Of a stretch of DNA of 46,516 nucleotides, positions 11,213-21,756 are shown in pieces. Source of the stretch: Chiloscyllium plagiosum (Eukaryota); the NCBI RefSeq assembly GCF_004010195.1, contig NC_057753.1, positions 11,060,392-11,106,907 of the forward strand, given 5' to 3'. How positions within the stretch are numbered: the first letter of the stretch is position 1; every line of letters begins with the position of its first letter. Under the pieces are notes generated by a model that worked only from the letters and a program-made list of their open reading frames with translations, had not been told where the DNA came from and did not search any database. Made by a program: the position numbers and the translations under genes.

Positions 11213-12661
11213 ATGTGAGGACTCAGTGTTGATATGGTTGGACATTGAGGCCTCTCAGCCAAAATGTCCTCTTATCAACGTGTTGTTTTCAAACAAAATG
11301 AGGACAGTTGTGAAACATTGCCGTAATCCAATAGTTACTAACACTGTCAAAGCATGGAGGGGAAACAAGGCAGGTGAAAGGTAATATGTCTAAAACATTT
11401 TCCTGCTCCCACAATTGGCATGCCGGATTTCCAGCCAGGGATAACGGATCCCAGGTTTAAACTTTGGGTGCTTAGGGGAGTTTCTTGTTTGGGTGATTTG
11501 TTTGAGGGTGAAACGATGATGTCCTTTGATCAAATAATTCGTAAATTTGGGCGATCGAGTAAGGACCACTTCTGTTTCTTTCAGATTAGAGATTTTATTC
11601 GAAAAGAGACTTTGCTTTTAGCTGAGTGTTGTAGATCTGATTGGAATACACTGAGTACTCTTTATCATCTGTTGGGGGAGGTTTTTCAGATGACATCAAA
11701 TGACTACCTGAAGTCTGGGAGAGAGTTCGGAGTTGAGCTTACTTCAGAAACATGGGAGGATATTTGTGAGAATGCGAGGAAGATTTCGATCTGTAATAGG
11801 ACCCAGACTATGCAGTTAAAGACTTTTCATAGGGTTCATCTGGCTCAGATCATCTCGCAAAATTTAAGGAGGGAGCATCTTCAATGTGCCCCCCCCCCCG
11901 CCGTGTAAAATAAGCACAGGGACCCTCGCTCATTCCTTGTGGTCCTATCACAAGCCTTGTATGTATTGGAGTGCTGTGGCACTAGTAAAGGGTCTTGGGG
12001 ACCAAAGTTAAGGTGGACCTGGTCTCTCTTCTCCTGGGGTTGCCGAATTTATCTTCGCTAGATGTGCCTGGGTGAAAGCTTTTAAACATACTTAATTTTT
12101 GTGCGAGGAAGAACATTCTAACGGGCTGCGTGTCTGTGAATCCCCAGAGTCTGTTGGGGTGGCGTAAGTTAATTATGGAACACATTCTTTTGGACTTTCC
12201 TACAACTATGGTGTTCGAAAAATGGAAAACTTTAATAAGATACGGCAGCACTTTTTGAATTACCTGGAAGCTGATTTGTCTCCCATTTTAATTAGGTCCT
12301 TTGTTTAGCCGTGATGTGAACTTGATGCCCTGAGAGGAAGAATTTCGAACAAATGTTGGTGTAATAACTGATGCTCTCGAAAGTTGAGATCTACACTCTT
12401 GTTGTGCCGAGCAGCAATATTTATTGGGCTGTATAGGTTTAATTTGTTTTGTAGAGTAGTGCAGTAGTTGCTTCACTGTTATGGTTATAATGTTATATTT
12501 TTGTTTGGTAATTTTATAATTTTGTAAAGAGAAAGTTTTCCATAAAAATATGTTTTAAAGTCTAATGCTTTGTGCCTGTGACACTGTTCTCAGTCAAGGA
12601 TAGGTTCCCCATCACCACCAATCAATATCTAATTAAGCAAACTGCCAACATCCACAGCAGT

Positions 12662-12764
12662 CATGATTTGCCGGTGTTGGACTGGGGTGTACGAAGTTAA
12701 AAATCACACAACGCCAGGTTATAGTACCTGTTGGACTATAACCTGGTGTTGTGTGATTTTTAAC
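12662..12764 (-). mobile_element. Fold-back mini insertion of a second Penelope pLTR family
   Basis: 30-bp arms 12696-12725 / 12735-12764. TSD aacatcca(c/g)agcagt (12647-12661 / 12762-12776). Same sequence as the pLTR at 27081-27110. Confidence 0.85.
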
Positions 12765-12884
12765 ATCCAGAGCAGTAGAGAAACAGCAGCTGTATTTAAG
12801 AGGGGACTCCGGAGACGTGCCGTTTATTACGACGACACATTAGGAAATAGACACTGATTTTTTTTTTGCAAATCCAGCTAGAAC

Positions 12885-13158
12885 ATTAGATTGGATTACT
12901 TACAGTGTGGAAACAGGCCCTTCGGCCCAACAAGTCTACACCTACCCGCTGAAGCGCAACCCACCCAGACCCATTCCCCTACATTTACCCCTTACCTAAC
13001 ACTACGGGCAATTTAGCCAATTCACCTGACCTGCACATCTTTGGACTGTGGGAGGAAACCGGAGCACCACGGGGAGAATGTGCAAACTCCCGGAATTGAA
13101 CCCGGGTCTCTAGCACTGTGAGGCAGCAGTGCTAACCACTGTGCCACGGTGCCGCCCA
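12885..13158 (-). mobile_element. HE1-type SINE with internal deletions
   Basis: Reverse complement of gggcggcac.gtggcacagtggttagcactgctgcctcacag...gggccgaagggcctgtttccacactgtaagtaatc. Confidence 0.92.
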
Positions 13159-13334
13159 CATGAATTACAATTTATATTTTGGATGAACAGGATGGTTGTG
13201 AACAAGTTGCAAGGGATGATGATTAAAAAGGGTTACAGGAAAGGTCGTAAAGCTTCATGGATCAGACTCAGATTAAAATACCCCCCTGAGCGGCCTCTCT
13301 CACCCACCAAAACAATCTCTTACTTTTGTTTAGA

Positions 13335-13960
13335 CCTTTATCCCGCCCGGATCCACCACCAGGACCGGCTCCTCGGACCCTCCTCCAGCTCCGGGGGGTT
13401 GTTGAGCTCCTGGGCTCCGGAGGCCGCGGGCGCCGGCTCCCTCTCCTCCACCGCCGACATTTTTAATTTGTTTTTCTCGTTCACCCGGTAACCGTCACCT
13501 CCCCCTTCCCGGGCCCCGGGAATTATACACAAATAAACAATAAACCCCACCGGGGACTGTCTCCTTTTCTTCACAACTTTTGCTTGAAAGGTTCCGGCTT
13601 CAATTTGAAATGTATTTTAAATGTATTTTCTGAGGTAAACGGTGCCTGTCTGCCCCCCTCCCTCCGTCAGAAACCGCCCGCTGAGTCGATGAGAAAACCG
13701 CAGCCTCGCGCCGCCATCTTTGTTTTTCTTCTTCTTCTCCTTCTCCTCCTTCAGTGACGCGCGTCATCCGCGCGCTCCCTCCAATCAGAGCGCACCTTAC
13801 TCCACCTGACCAATGGCGGCCGGCTTTGCGGTCCCTGTTTGTTCCGTCCCACCCCCACCCCGCCGAATGTCGCTCTCCGATTAGTCCGCACCGACCGCAC
13901 GCTTTGGGATTGACGGGGAGGTTCATGCGTACGTCACTGTCCCCGCCCCTTTCCCTTCCC
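13335..13960 (-). promoter_or_regulatory. CpG-island promoter and candidate first exon (copy A), pointing leftward
   Basis: High CpG density, YY1 motif CCGCCATCTT (about 13711-13720), CCAAT boxes (13781, 13810), CRE-like tgacgc/acgtca, GC box ccccgcccc (13941). Candidate start AAAATGTCG giving MSAVEEREPAP. Confidence 0.75.
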
Positions 13961-14067
13961 ATTCATTCATTATCAGTTCACTGCAATGGGCTCTGGGGGT
14001 AGGAGGGGGTGACCCATATTGAGGTGGAAGGTGTCCACATTCATTCAACAAAAGTGGGCTTGTTTCC

Positions 14068-14250
14068 TACAGTGGTAGTGTCCCTACCTCTGATCCTGAC
14101 GCCCAGGTTCAAATCCCACTGCTCCAGCAATGTTTAATAACATCCTCAATCATTTTTTTTGGCATAAGTGACACGACACTCAGGTTACAGTCCAACAGAT
14201 TTATTTAAAGCACAAGCTCTTGGATCATAGCCCCTTCATTAGGTGAAATC
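14068..14250. mobile_element. tRNA-like SINE fragment (about 14068-14145, plus) and decayed Penelope pLTR (about 14165-14250, minus)
   Basis: cagtggtagtgtccctacctctg...aggttcaaatccca; minus strand cctaatgaaggggc..ccaagagcttgtgc..aataaatctgttggactg. The paralog is at 31490-31660. Confidence 0.6.
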
Positions 14251-14456
14251 ATGAAAACAGCGCAGGAAACAGCATTCAGGTAAATGATCAGCCAGGGATG
14301 GTGATGAAAGACAGAGCATCACAACGGTCAATTGCCAACTACCATTCTTATTTCTGATCTTATTAATACATGACTGATAAAACATTGGGGAACAAATAGT
14401 CAAGTGCCTCAATTTTGTAAGTCTCCATTTTGTGATAAAGTTTGCCTTACAAAAAC

Positions 14457-15053
14457 AGGATCTGGACCAGATGGGCCAATGGGCTGAGTGGAAATGGAGT
14501 TTAATTCAGATAAATGAGAGGTGCTGCATTTTGGGAAAGCAAATCTTAGCAGGACTTATACACTTAATGGTAAGGTCCACTTAATGGTAAAGTGTTGCTG
14601 AACAAAGAGACCTTGCAGTGCAGGTTCATAGCTCCTTGAAAGTGGAGTCGCAGGTAGATAGGATAGTGGCTGAGGGGTGATCTTATAGAGGTTTACAAAA
14701 TTATGAGGGGCATGGATAGGATAAATAGACAAAGTCTTTTCCCTGGCATTGGGGAGTCCAGAACTAGATGGCATAGGTTTAGGGTGAGAGGGGAAAGATA
14801 TAAAAGAGACTTAAGAGGCAACTTTTTCACGCAGAGGGTGGTAAGTGTATGGAATGAGCTGCCAAAGGATGTGGTGGAGGCTGGTACAATTTCAACATTT
14901 AAGAGGAATTTGGATGGGTATATGAATAGGAAGGGTTTGGAAGGATATGGGCCAGATGCTGGCAGGTGGGACTAGATTGGGACGGGATATCTGGAAGCGT
15001 TGGACCGAAGGGTCTGTTTCCATGCTATATATCGCTATGACTCTATGACTCTA
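14457..15053 (+). mobile_element. CR1 3' fragment with internal deletion
   Basis: MRGMDRINRQSLFP...FFTQRVVSVWNELP and a (ctatgact)n tail. Confidence 0.95.
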
Positions 15054-15263
15054 AAATGGCTAAGTACATTGACCATGAGAATGAATTGAGGAATGCACAA
15101 ATCTTGGCAATAACATTGTGTCTGTCCTTTCCCAGACAGAGTTTCCACAACCTAATGAATAGAATGCTCACAGTATCTTAGATTTTATCCAAGTTGACAC
15201 AAATGGCACCAGACGGAGAAAACATTAATAACCTTGTTTTAATCTATGTGAACAACACTAAAT

Positions 15264-15302
15264 GGATTCCTGAAGAAGGGCTCATGCCCGAAACGTCGAT
15301 CC
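15264..15302 (+). ncRNA. Minimal type I hammerhead ribozyme motif (Penelope pLTR type) in an 88-bp insertion 15265-15352
   Basis: ggattc CTGAAGA a gggc-tcat-gccc GAAA cg TC gatcc has an intact CUGANGA/GAAA core, a 4-bp stem II, palindromic ACGU in place of stem III and a short stem I. TSD taaatg (15259-15264 / 15353-15358); empty site in the paralog near 31155-31170. Confidence 0.75.
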
Positions 15303-15615
15303 TCCTTGGATGCTGCCTGACCTGCTGCGCTTTTCCAGCAACATATTTTCAGTAAATGTATTAATTATCTAGTTCATATTATGGAAACTTAATTACAGCT
15401 ATCAATATTATATTGTGTCAACTAGAACATACAAAATTGTTACACTCATAAGGAGTATAAAATATGCTGCGCTTTTGTTAAAAATCAGAGATTTTCACTA
15501 GTACATACAGGGATATCTTGATTAATACTCGATTATAGACTATTGATTTCTCGATGGCTTAATTACAATTAATTTGTAACTTACGTGTGGTCTGAGAATT
15601 TCTAAGTCAACATTT

Positions 15616-15629
15616 TAGTGTCATGAATC
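15616..15629 (+). promoter_or_regulatory. Degenerate primer-binding site, tRNA-His
   Basis: TAGTGTCATGAATC lies 3 nt after the LTR end and matches TGGTGCCGTGACTC at 10/14. The paralog (30884-30897, minus) TGGTGCTGTGGCTC matches 12/14. Confidence 0.65.
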
Positions 15630-16504
15630 TTTTTTCAACATAGGGACCGTTTCTATAGGCTGATTAAGTGACCAAAAGAGTTTTGATTGGATGCAACAGT
15701 GGTGGGGGGGCCCCTTAGGTATTTTTCCTTAAGACCACTCCTTGTGTCCCAACAGATGATCTGCCCCTTACCTAGTACCTCGAAGGGATTGAACAAACAA
15801 CCTGGACCAGGATTATAAGGTAAGAAAGTTTTTGTTTTTTATGAGGTTGCTCTAGGTTGCTGCAGAGTGACCTTAGCTATTCCGTATTGTTCCTCAGATA
15901 AAACAGTTAGACTGGTGACCACAGTCAGAGAAGTGCTCCCCACTACCTGAGAAATTGGGCTTAGAGACCTGACTCCTTTGGATATGGCCAGTTAAATTTC
16001 TGAGGTTATAGAAATAGGAAGGCAGTTTCTGTAAATTTCTCACTCTGTATTATTGATATGGCCGGTTGAAATTTTTTATTGTTGAGCAAGTAATGATACA
16101 GAAACAATGGGACAGTCCCTTTATGTAGTTGGAAAGGAGACTCCCTTTCAGACTGTGTGAGAGAGAGAGAATACCTGATCAGGAAAATGATTTATAGGGG
16201 TTAGAGGTCCTCAGGGAAATTGGAAATTTTGGTAAGTTCTCTGTGAATTGGGCAACTTGTTAAATTGTAATGTACAAATTAAAGGACGTCCAGTTTGAAT
16301 TATTGAATGATTGTGATAGTGTGTGTGAGAGAAAGGCAACTGTCAATAGAATGGGGAACTGTTTCCAAAACTGTTACTTTGTCAACAAACAGATGAAATG
16401 GACACAAAAAACTGAGAAGCCATTTCCACTTGATGGCACATTTAATTGTGATTGTAGAAAACAATTGGCAGAAATTTTGAAAACTTTGAATATTCAAAGG
16501 AAAC

Positions 16505-16530
16505 ACAGAGAGAGATAGAGAGAGAGAGAG

Positions 16531-16573
<43 letters not shown>
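16505..16573. repeat. (GA)n-(CA)n compound microsatellite
   Basis: Directly visible. Confidence 0.95.
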
Positions 16574-16576
<3 letters not shown>

Positions 16577-17146
16577 GGACAGGCTTTTGGTTTAGCTCTC
16601 ACTAAACTAAGTGTTAACTCTTTGTGGTCTGTTTTGAACGTACTTTTGTTTGTTGGTGGTTACATGTGGTCCGATATAATCTTTGTTGTTTTTTGCCCCT
16701 GGAACTCAAGATCCGGGAATGTTTTGATTTAAGTCTGCATTTTGGAAAATCATGGTAATTCGTAAATGTTGTCTGTGCCTTTTAATAGGCTTGATCATGC
16801 ATGGTTAATGTTATATTCTTTTGAGGGACTTTCTACACTAATTTAAATCAATATGTGCCAGGAAAGGTTGATTTTTTAAAAATTGGGTTAAGATTGGTAA
16901 AAGTCTCTTGGAATTTGATTTTATCACGTTTGGAATTCATTTTCTGGCCAGAGTAAATGACCAAATACTGTTTGACCGGATAAGCTAATTTTTAATTCCA
17001 GAAATGCAAGGCCGTTTGAACTAGATTTTAGTAAAATGTTCTAAAATCTGAGAAAACTGATGAAGGTAGGAGGGTGATGTTGAACAATTTTCAGGTATTG
17101 AAGATGTGGGAACACCTCCTTCAATATCTGAAATTGTGGAGATTGT

Positions 17147-17457
17147 GGGCGGCACGGTGGCACAGTGCTTAGCACTGCTGCCTCACAGCGCCTGAGACCC
17201 GGGTTCAATTCCCGCCTCAGGCGACTGACTGTGTGGAGTTTGCACGTTCTCCCCGTGTCTGCGTGGGTTTCCTCCGGGTGCTCCGGTTTCCTCCCACAGT
17301 CCAAAAGATGTGCAGGGTCAGGTGAATTGGTCGTGCTAAATTGCCTGTAGTGTTAGGTAAGGGGTAAATGTAGGGGTATGGGGTGGGGTTCGCTTCGGCG
17401 GGTCGGTGTGGACTTGTTGGGCCGAAGGGCCTGTTTCCACACTGTAATGTAATCTAA
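17147..17457 (+). mobile_element. Full-length young HE1-type V-SINE
   Basis: tRNA head with A/B boxes, V-domain tgtgtggagtttgcacgttctccccgtgtctgcgtgggtttcctccgggtgctccggtttcctccca, CR1-derived tail. CpGs are intact. Confidence 0.95.
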
Positions 17458-19390
17458 CCTGCCCTTGTATGTGTTGTTGTCGATCTATAATCAGTTAAGC
17501 TATCATAATAAAAATCTCACTAGGATATTCTTAAAAATAACCTCTCCCTTCTCTGAAAGAAAAGTAGTCTGCTGCTGTGGTATTAAGATGTAGGAATTCA
17601 TAGTTACAGAGAGTGATGACATCTTGACCCTTTCAGATAGGTTCACGTGCAAATAAAACATTTATTCAATATTTAATGATGATGATTATGGTAGCCAAAG
17701 AAGCAGTTATTTACATTTTATTTGTATATCTTTACAATGGAATTACTGGAATGGACAGATTGACATGATAAGGCCAATCACAATTTGTTTGGTTAGTTGG
17801 AGATAAAATTTATTCTGTAAATGACTTTTTTCAGTTTGTCCTAATTTTGCGAATGTAAAAACAGACACGATAAATCGATTATCTCAGAGGTTATAAATTA
17901 GCATGTTTGTGCTCACAGACATGAAAATATGCATTTTCTATGTGAGACTTGACCATTTGAATTTGTATTTCTGGGCTTGGTGTCTTTTAAAATCTGTGGA
18001 ATTAATGAGGGTTAAATTGAAATTCCAGTAGTGTAAATCAGACCTACAGCATTTCAGAACACTTTAAATGGCTTTTAGTTTCTCTTTGAAGGCAGTGGCA
18101 AAGGAAATTGTGGATGTGGTTTAAATAGATTTTTAATTTGTATCAACAATGCATTATGCACAGTTTCATCCAAGCTTTGTTAGGTAGTTTAATTAACTAA
18201 CTAGGCTTATGTTAGTGGTCCACAGGAAGTATTGCACAAGTTTTTCAGATTAATTTTGAATTCTGTATCATATTTTGGAGAAAAACGTAATCTAATAGCT
18301 GAGTGGAATTGGAGTTATTTGGATGCAGGCTAAATGTTGCACTTATTAGGAAAAATTTGATACAATTTTCTGCATACGACCCTAAGCAGATTTTATTCAT
18401 TTTGTGACTTTAAAGTCTGTTTGTTATTCTTAATTAACAGTGAAATGTGTCAGCCACTTGTTCAGTTTCCATCTCTCAATTAGAGTACGTGCTTATATTA
18501 GTCAATATATATTTTACGTGCTTATATTAGTCAATATACATTGTCAGTGATCTGTGTCATTGCCTCATGGTTAATTTTAAACATGGTTGTAATAATTAAT
18601 GTTCACCTGGACCATCCCTTAAATCAAATTGAGCATTGTACATGCAATGACCATACAAAGAAAAGTATAGGAAGCAGAGCGAGAGAAGAAACGTTAAGGA
18701 AAGTGAAACTTGCAGTGTTCCTCATGCAAAGAACTGGCACTGAAAACGCAACTTTAATAACCTTCTATTCTGTAGCCATTTTGATTTAGTGTTACATGAT
18801 AAACTTGCCGAACAGTATGAAAAATCTATTTCTTGGAATTATGTACACTACTATTTCTGGATAGAATGGAGGCATTAACTCTCTTAAATGTTCAAATTGA
18901 ATGCATTAATGACAAGTCAGAAAGGAAAAATTAAAGAATTGACATCAGAAGGTGCTAAAGAAAGGTCACTCTCTTGAGAAAGTGTGGCATGAACAAACAG
19001 ATCAGCCAAAACAGCAGATGTTGTGGGTACATTGAAGATTTTAGGACTAAATAATATTGTAGTTGAGTAACTTCCATTTTAATTCTAAAATTTAAAAGAA
19101 GTGCTAAATAACTGTAAATTTTAAATTTAAACACTTTATTATACTGTGTATATGACATTTAAGTATTGATTCTGTAGCCTCTGTATAGGTCAGGAAACTA
19201 GAGACCTGGGATGTGGCATCTTGTGAACAGGCGGTAAACCTAATTTGAAAGAAAAATTGTGACAAATAGTGTAAATTATTAATTAAAACTGGAAGCACAA
19301 AGCCAATATTAAATGGAAAGATACCTTGTTGGCCAGTTGGAGGAATAATGCACGTGTATATACAACAGATGGAACTCCCAGAAATTGGGA

Positions 19391-19417
19391 GATTAGATTA
19401 GATTAGATTAGATTAGA
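19391..19417. repeat. (GATTA)5 microsatellite, the same unit as the HE1/CR1 tail
   Basis: gattagattagattagattagattaga. Confidence 0.85.
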
Positions 19418-20078
19418 TGTTAAAAGTTGAGTCTGAATGGGTAGATGAGGGGTGAAAAAGGGAACAGGAGAAACACTGGGACACTAAGGAAGATAAGAAA
19501 GGAGTTGAAGCACAGCGCTGTAAAAATAATCTAAGTTTTACTCTGCATCCTGAGCCTATGTCTGGCATACTGACACTATTTGAGGAAGGGGATGAGACTG
19601 ATGGGAATGAGCCCAGAACATCTCCTGATAGTCCCCAGCACACCCCCTAATTCTAAACTTCCCCTTTACTCGGAAGATCAAGTCGTCCAATATCGGGTCA
19701 CCAGCTTCATCATGAGGATGAGCAGCCTAGACCATTCTCAACCAAGGGCCGTCGCAGGAAACTGAGTAACCTGACCGCAAGGAGAAACCAGCCCAATTTA
19801 CTCAATATGTCCGAAGGACAATACATACTCCTCAGGACTTGTTTGCTATATGTTCCCCTGAAGAAGTTACCACATGGCAAGGACAGATGGGTCAGGGTGG
19901 TGTAGAGCCAGTCCACAGTTACGACGACTTGAAGGAGAGATTCCCTCACAATGATTCCCAGGCAGATCACTTAATCCAGTCATTAGAATGAGCTTTACAA
20001 CAACCTGTGAACATTAGTTACGTACTGGAATGCAAACCCAAACCTGGGGAGTCGGGAGGTGATTATGGAGAACAGTTT

Positions 20079-21392
20079 AGAGTTCTGAGGGAGGTGGCTG
20101 AGGAAATAGCGGAGGCGTTGGTTGAGATCTTTCAAAAGTCACTGGAGTCAGGGAATGTCCCGGATGATTGGAAGATCACTGTTGTAACCCCCTTGTTCAA
20201 GAAAGGATCAAGGCAAAAGATGGAAAATTATAGGCCAATTAGCCTAACCTCAGTTGTTGGTAAAATTCTAGAATCCATCATTAAGGATGAGGTTTCTAAA
20301 TTCTTGGAAGAGCAGGGTCGGATTAGAATAAGTCAACATGGATTTAGTAAGGGGGGGGTCATGCCTGACAAACCTGTTGGAGTTCTTTGAAGAGGTGACA
20401 AGTAGGTTTGACTGGGGAAACCCAGTGGATGTGGTCTCCCTAGACTTCCAAAAGGCCTTTGATAAGGTGCCACACGGGAGGCTGCCGAGCAAGGCGAGGG
20501 CCCATGGTGTTCGAGGTGAGCTACTGGTATGGATTGAGGATTGGCTGTCTGACAGAAGGCAGAGAGTTGGGATAAAAGGTTCTTTTTCGGAATGGCAGCC
20601 GATGACAAGCGGTGTCCCGCAGGGTTCAGTGTTGGGGCCGCAGCTGTTAACATTATATATTAATGATCTGGATGAAGGGACTGGGGGCATTCTAGCGAAG
20701 TTTGCCGATGATACAAAGTTAGGTGGACAGGCAGGTAGTACTGAGGAAGTGGGGAGGCTGCAGAAGGATCGAGACAGTTTGGNNNNNNNNNNNNNNNNNN
20801 NNNNNNNNNNNNNNNNNNNNNNNNNNNNNNNNNNNNNNNNNNNNNNNNNNNNNNNNNNNNNNNNNNNNNNNNNNNNNNNNNNNNNNNNNNNNNNNNNNNN
20901 NNNNNNNNNNNNNNNNNNNNNNNNNNNNNNNNNNNNNNNNNNGGCCCATCGGGTCCACTCCGCCATTCAATCATGGCTGATGGGCATTTCAACGCCACTT
21001 ACCCGCACTCTCCCCATATCCCTTAATTCCTTGAGAGATGGCTTGGAGAGGGTGGACGCTAGGAAATTGTTTCTGTTAGGTGAGGAGACTAGGACCCGTG
21101 GGCACAGCCTTAGAATTAGAGGGGGTAAATTCAGAACAGAAATGCAGAGACATTTCTTCAGCCAGAGAGGGTGGGCCTGTGGAATTCATTGCCACAGAGT
21201 GCAGTGGAGGCTGGGACGCTAAATGTCTTCAAGGCAGAAATTGATAAATTCTTGATGTCACAAGGAATTAAGGGCTATGGGGAAAATGCGGGTAAGTGGA
21301 GTTGAAATGCCCATCAGCCATGATTGAATGGCGGAGTGGACTCGATGGATAGAAATGGCCTTACTTCCGCTCCTATGTCTTATGGTCTTATA
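20079..21392 (+). mobile_element. 5'-truncated CR1 LINE (contains a 160-N gap)
   Basis: NYRPISLTSVVGK, LDFQKAFDKVPH, SGVPQGSVLGP, KFADDTKLGG and the tail cctatgtcttatggtcttat. Confidence 0.95.
20783..20942. other. Assembly gap (160 N)
   Basis: Run of N. Confidence 1.
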
Positions 21393-21756
21393 GTTTGTTT
21401 CCTGTTACGGAACATTTGCAAGTGATCAAGCCTTTAATTGAAAAGCTAACTCCCCTTTGTTTAACGCTATGCTTTTGCAATGTATTCCTCCTGGTATCGC
21501 TGACATGATCCAGACAAACAATATGAACTGGTCCAGGAATTCCCTGTCGCTAATGAGGTAAGCGGTAATCTTCTGGGGTGGCCAGAACGAGCCCAAACCA
21601 TGATCCGAATATGTCCAGCAACTTCGTGATCCCTATACCTCATGTGCCAACCCCAACGAGGTTCGTTGAGACCAGGATACCAACTGGGGGTGAAACCTAC
21701 CTCAGATGCCCAAGTGACCACCACTGAGTAACCCTTTCCCGATCGGAAATAATAAC

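Larger units (their letters stand above)
9990..12556 (+). mobile_element. 5'-truncated L1-clade LINE ORF2 (RT and Cys/His C-terminus) with 3' UTR
   Basis: LLVSLDAEKAFDQVEWLYLFYTLEQF (after removing the 10082-10173 insert), RQGCPLEPLFF, SYADDVL, GYKINFS, FLYLG, GTLAHSLWS; T-rich 3'UTR ending ttttccataaaaatat. Confidence 0.9.
14416..15612 (+). mobile_element. ERV 5' LTR (interrupted by CR1 14457-15053 and mini element 15265-15352)
   Basis: TGTAA...CAACA termini, TATAAAA at 15456, direct-repeat similarity to 21757-22410 (e.g. tttgtaacttac.tgtggtctgagaattt), immediately followed by a PBS remnant. Confidence 0.75.
19185..21590 (+). pseudogene. gag: Degraded ERV gag (matrix-like, capsid with major homology region), split by a CR1
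   Basis: (ATA)GQETRDLG, WPVGG, PRPFST..PDRKEKPAQFTQYV...VNISYVLECKPKPGESGGDYGEQF|VSCYGTFASDQAFN*KANSPLFNAMLLQCIPPGIADMIQTNNMNWSRNSL, in frame across the CR1 insertion (TSD agttt). Confidence 0.7.
15613..21756 (+). mobile_element. ERV internal region (gamma/epsilon-like) with gag remnants; no recognisable pol/env
   Basis: Lies between the LTRs. Matrix-like MGQS..ETPF (16107) and KWTQKTEKPFPLDGTFN (about 16396-16446); capsid-like segment at 19720-21590. Confidence 0.65.

Noticed and set aside
11005..11384. Similar ORFs on both strands suggesting a gene pair
   Set aside because: A by-product of the 81-bp palindrome.
17147..17220. tRNA gene
   Set aside because: The A/B boxes belong to the HE1 SINE head and are followed by the V-domain and LINE tail. 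The same applies at 2357, 13158, 31846 and 35417.
18950..19060. Possible integrase C-terminal remnant (KVLKKGHSLEKVWH)
   Set aside because: Too short and weak, and upstream of capsid, which is the wrong order for pol.
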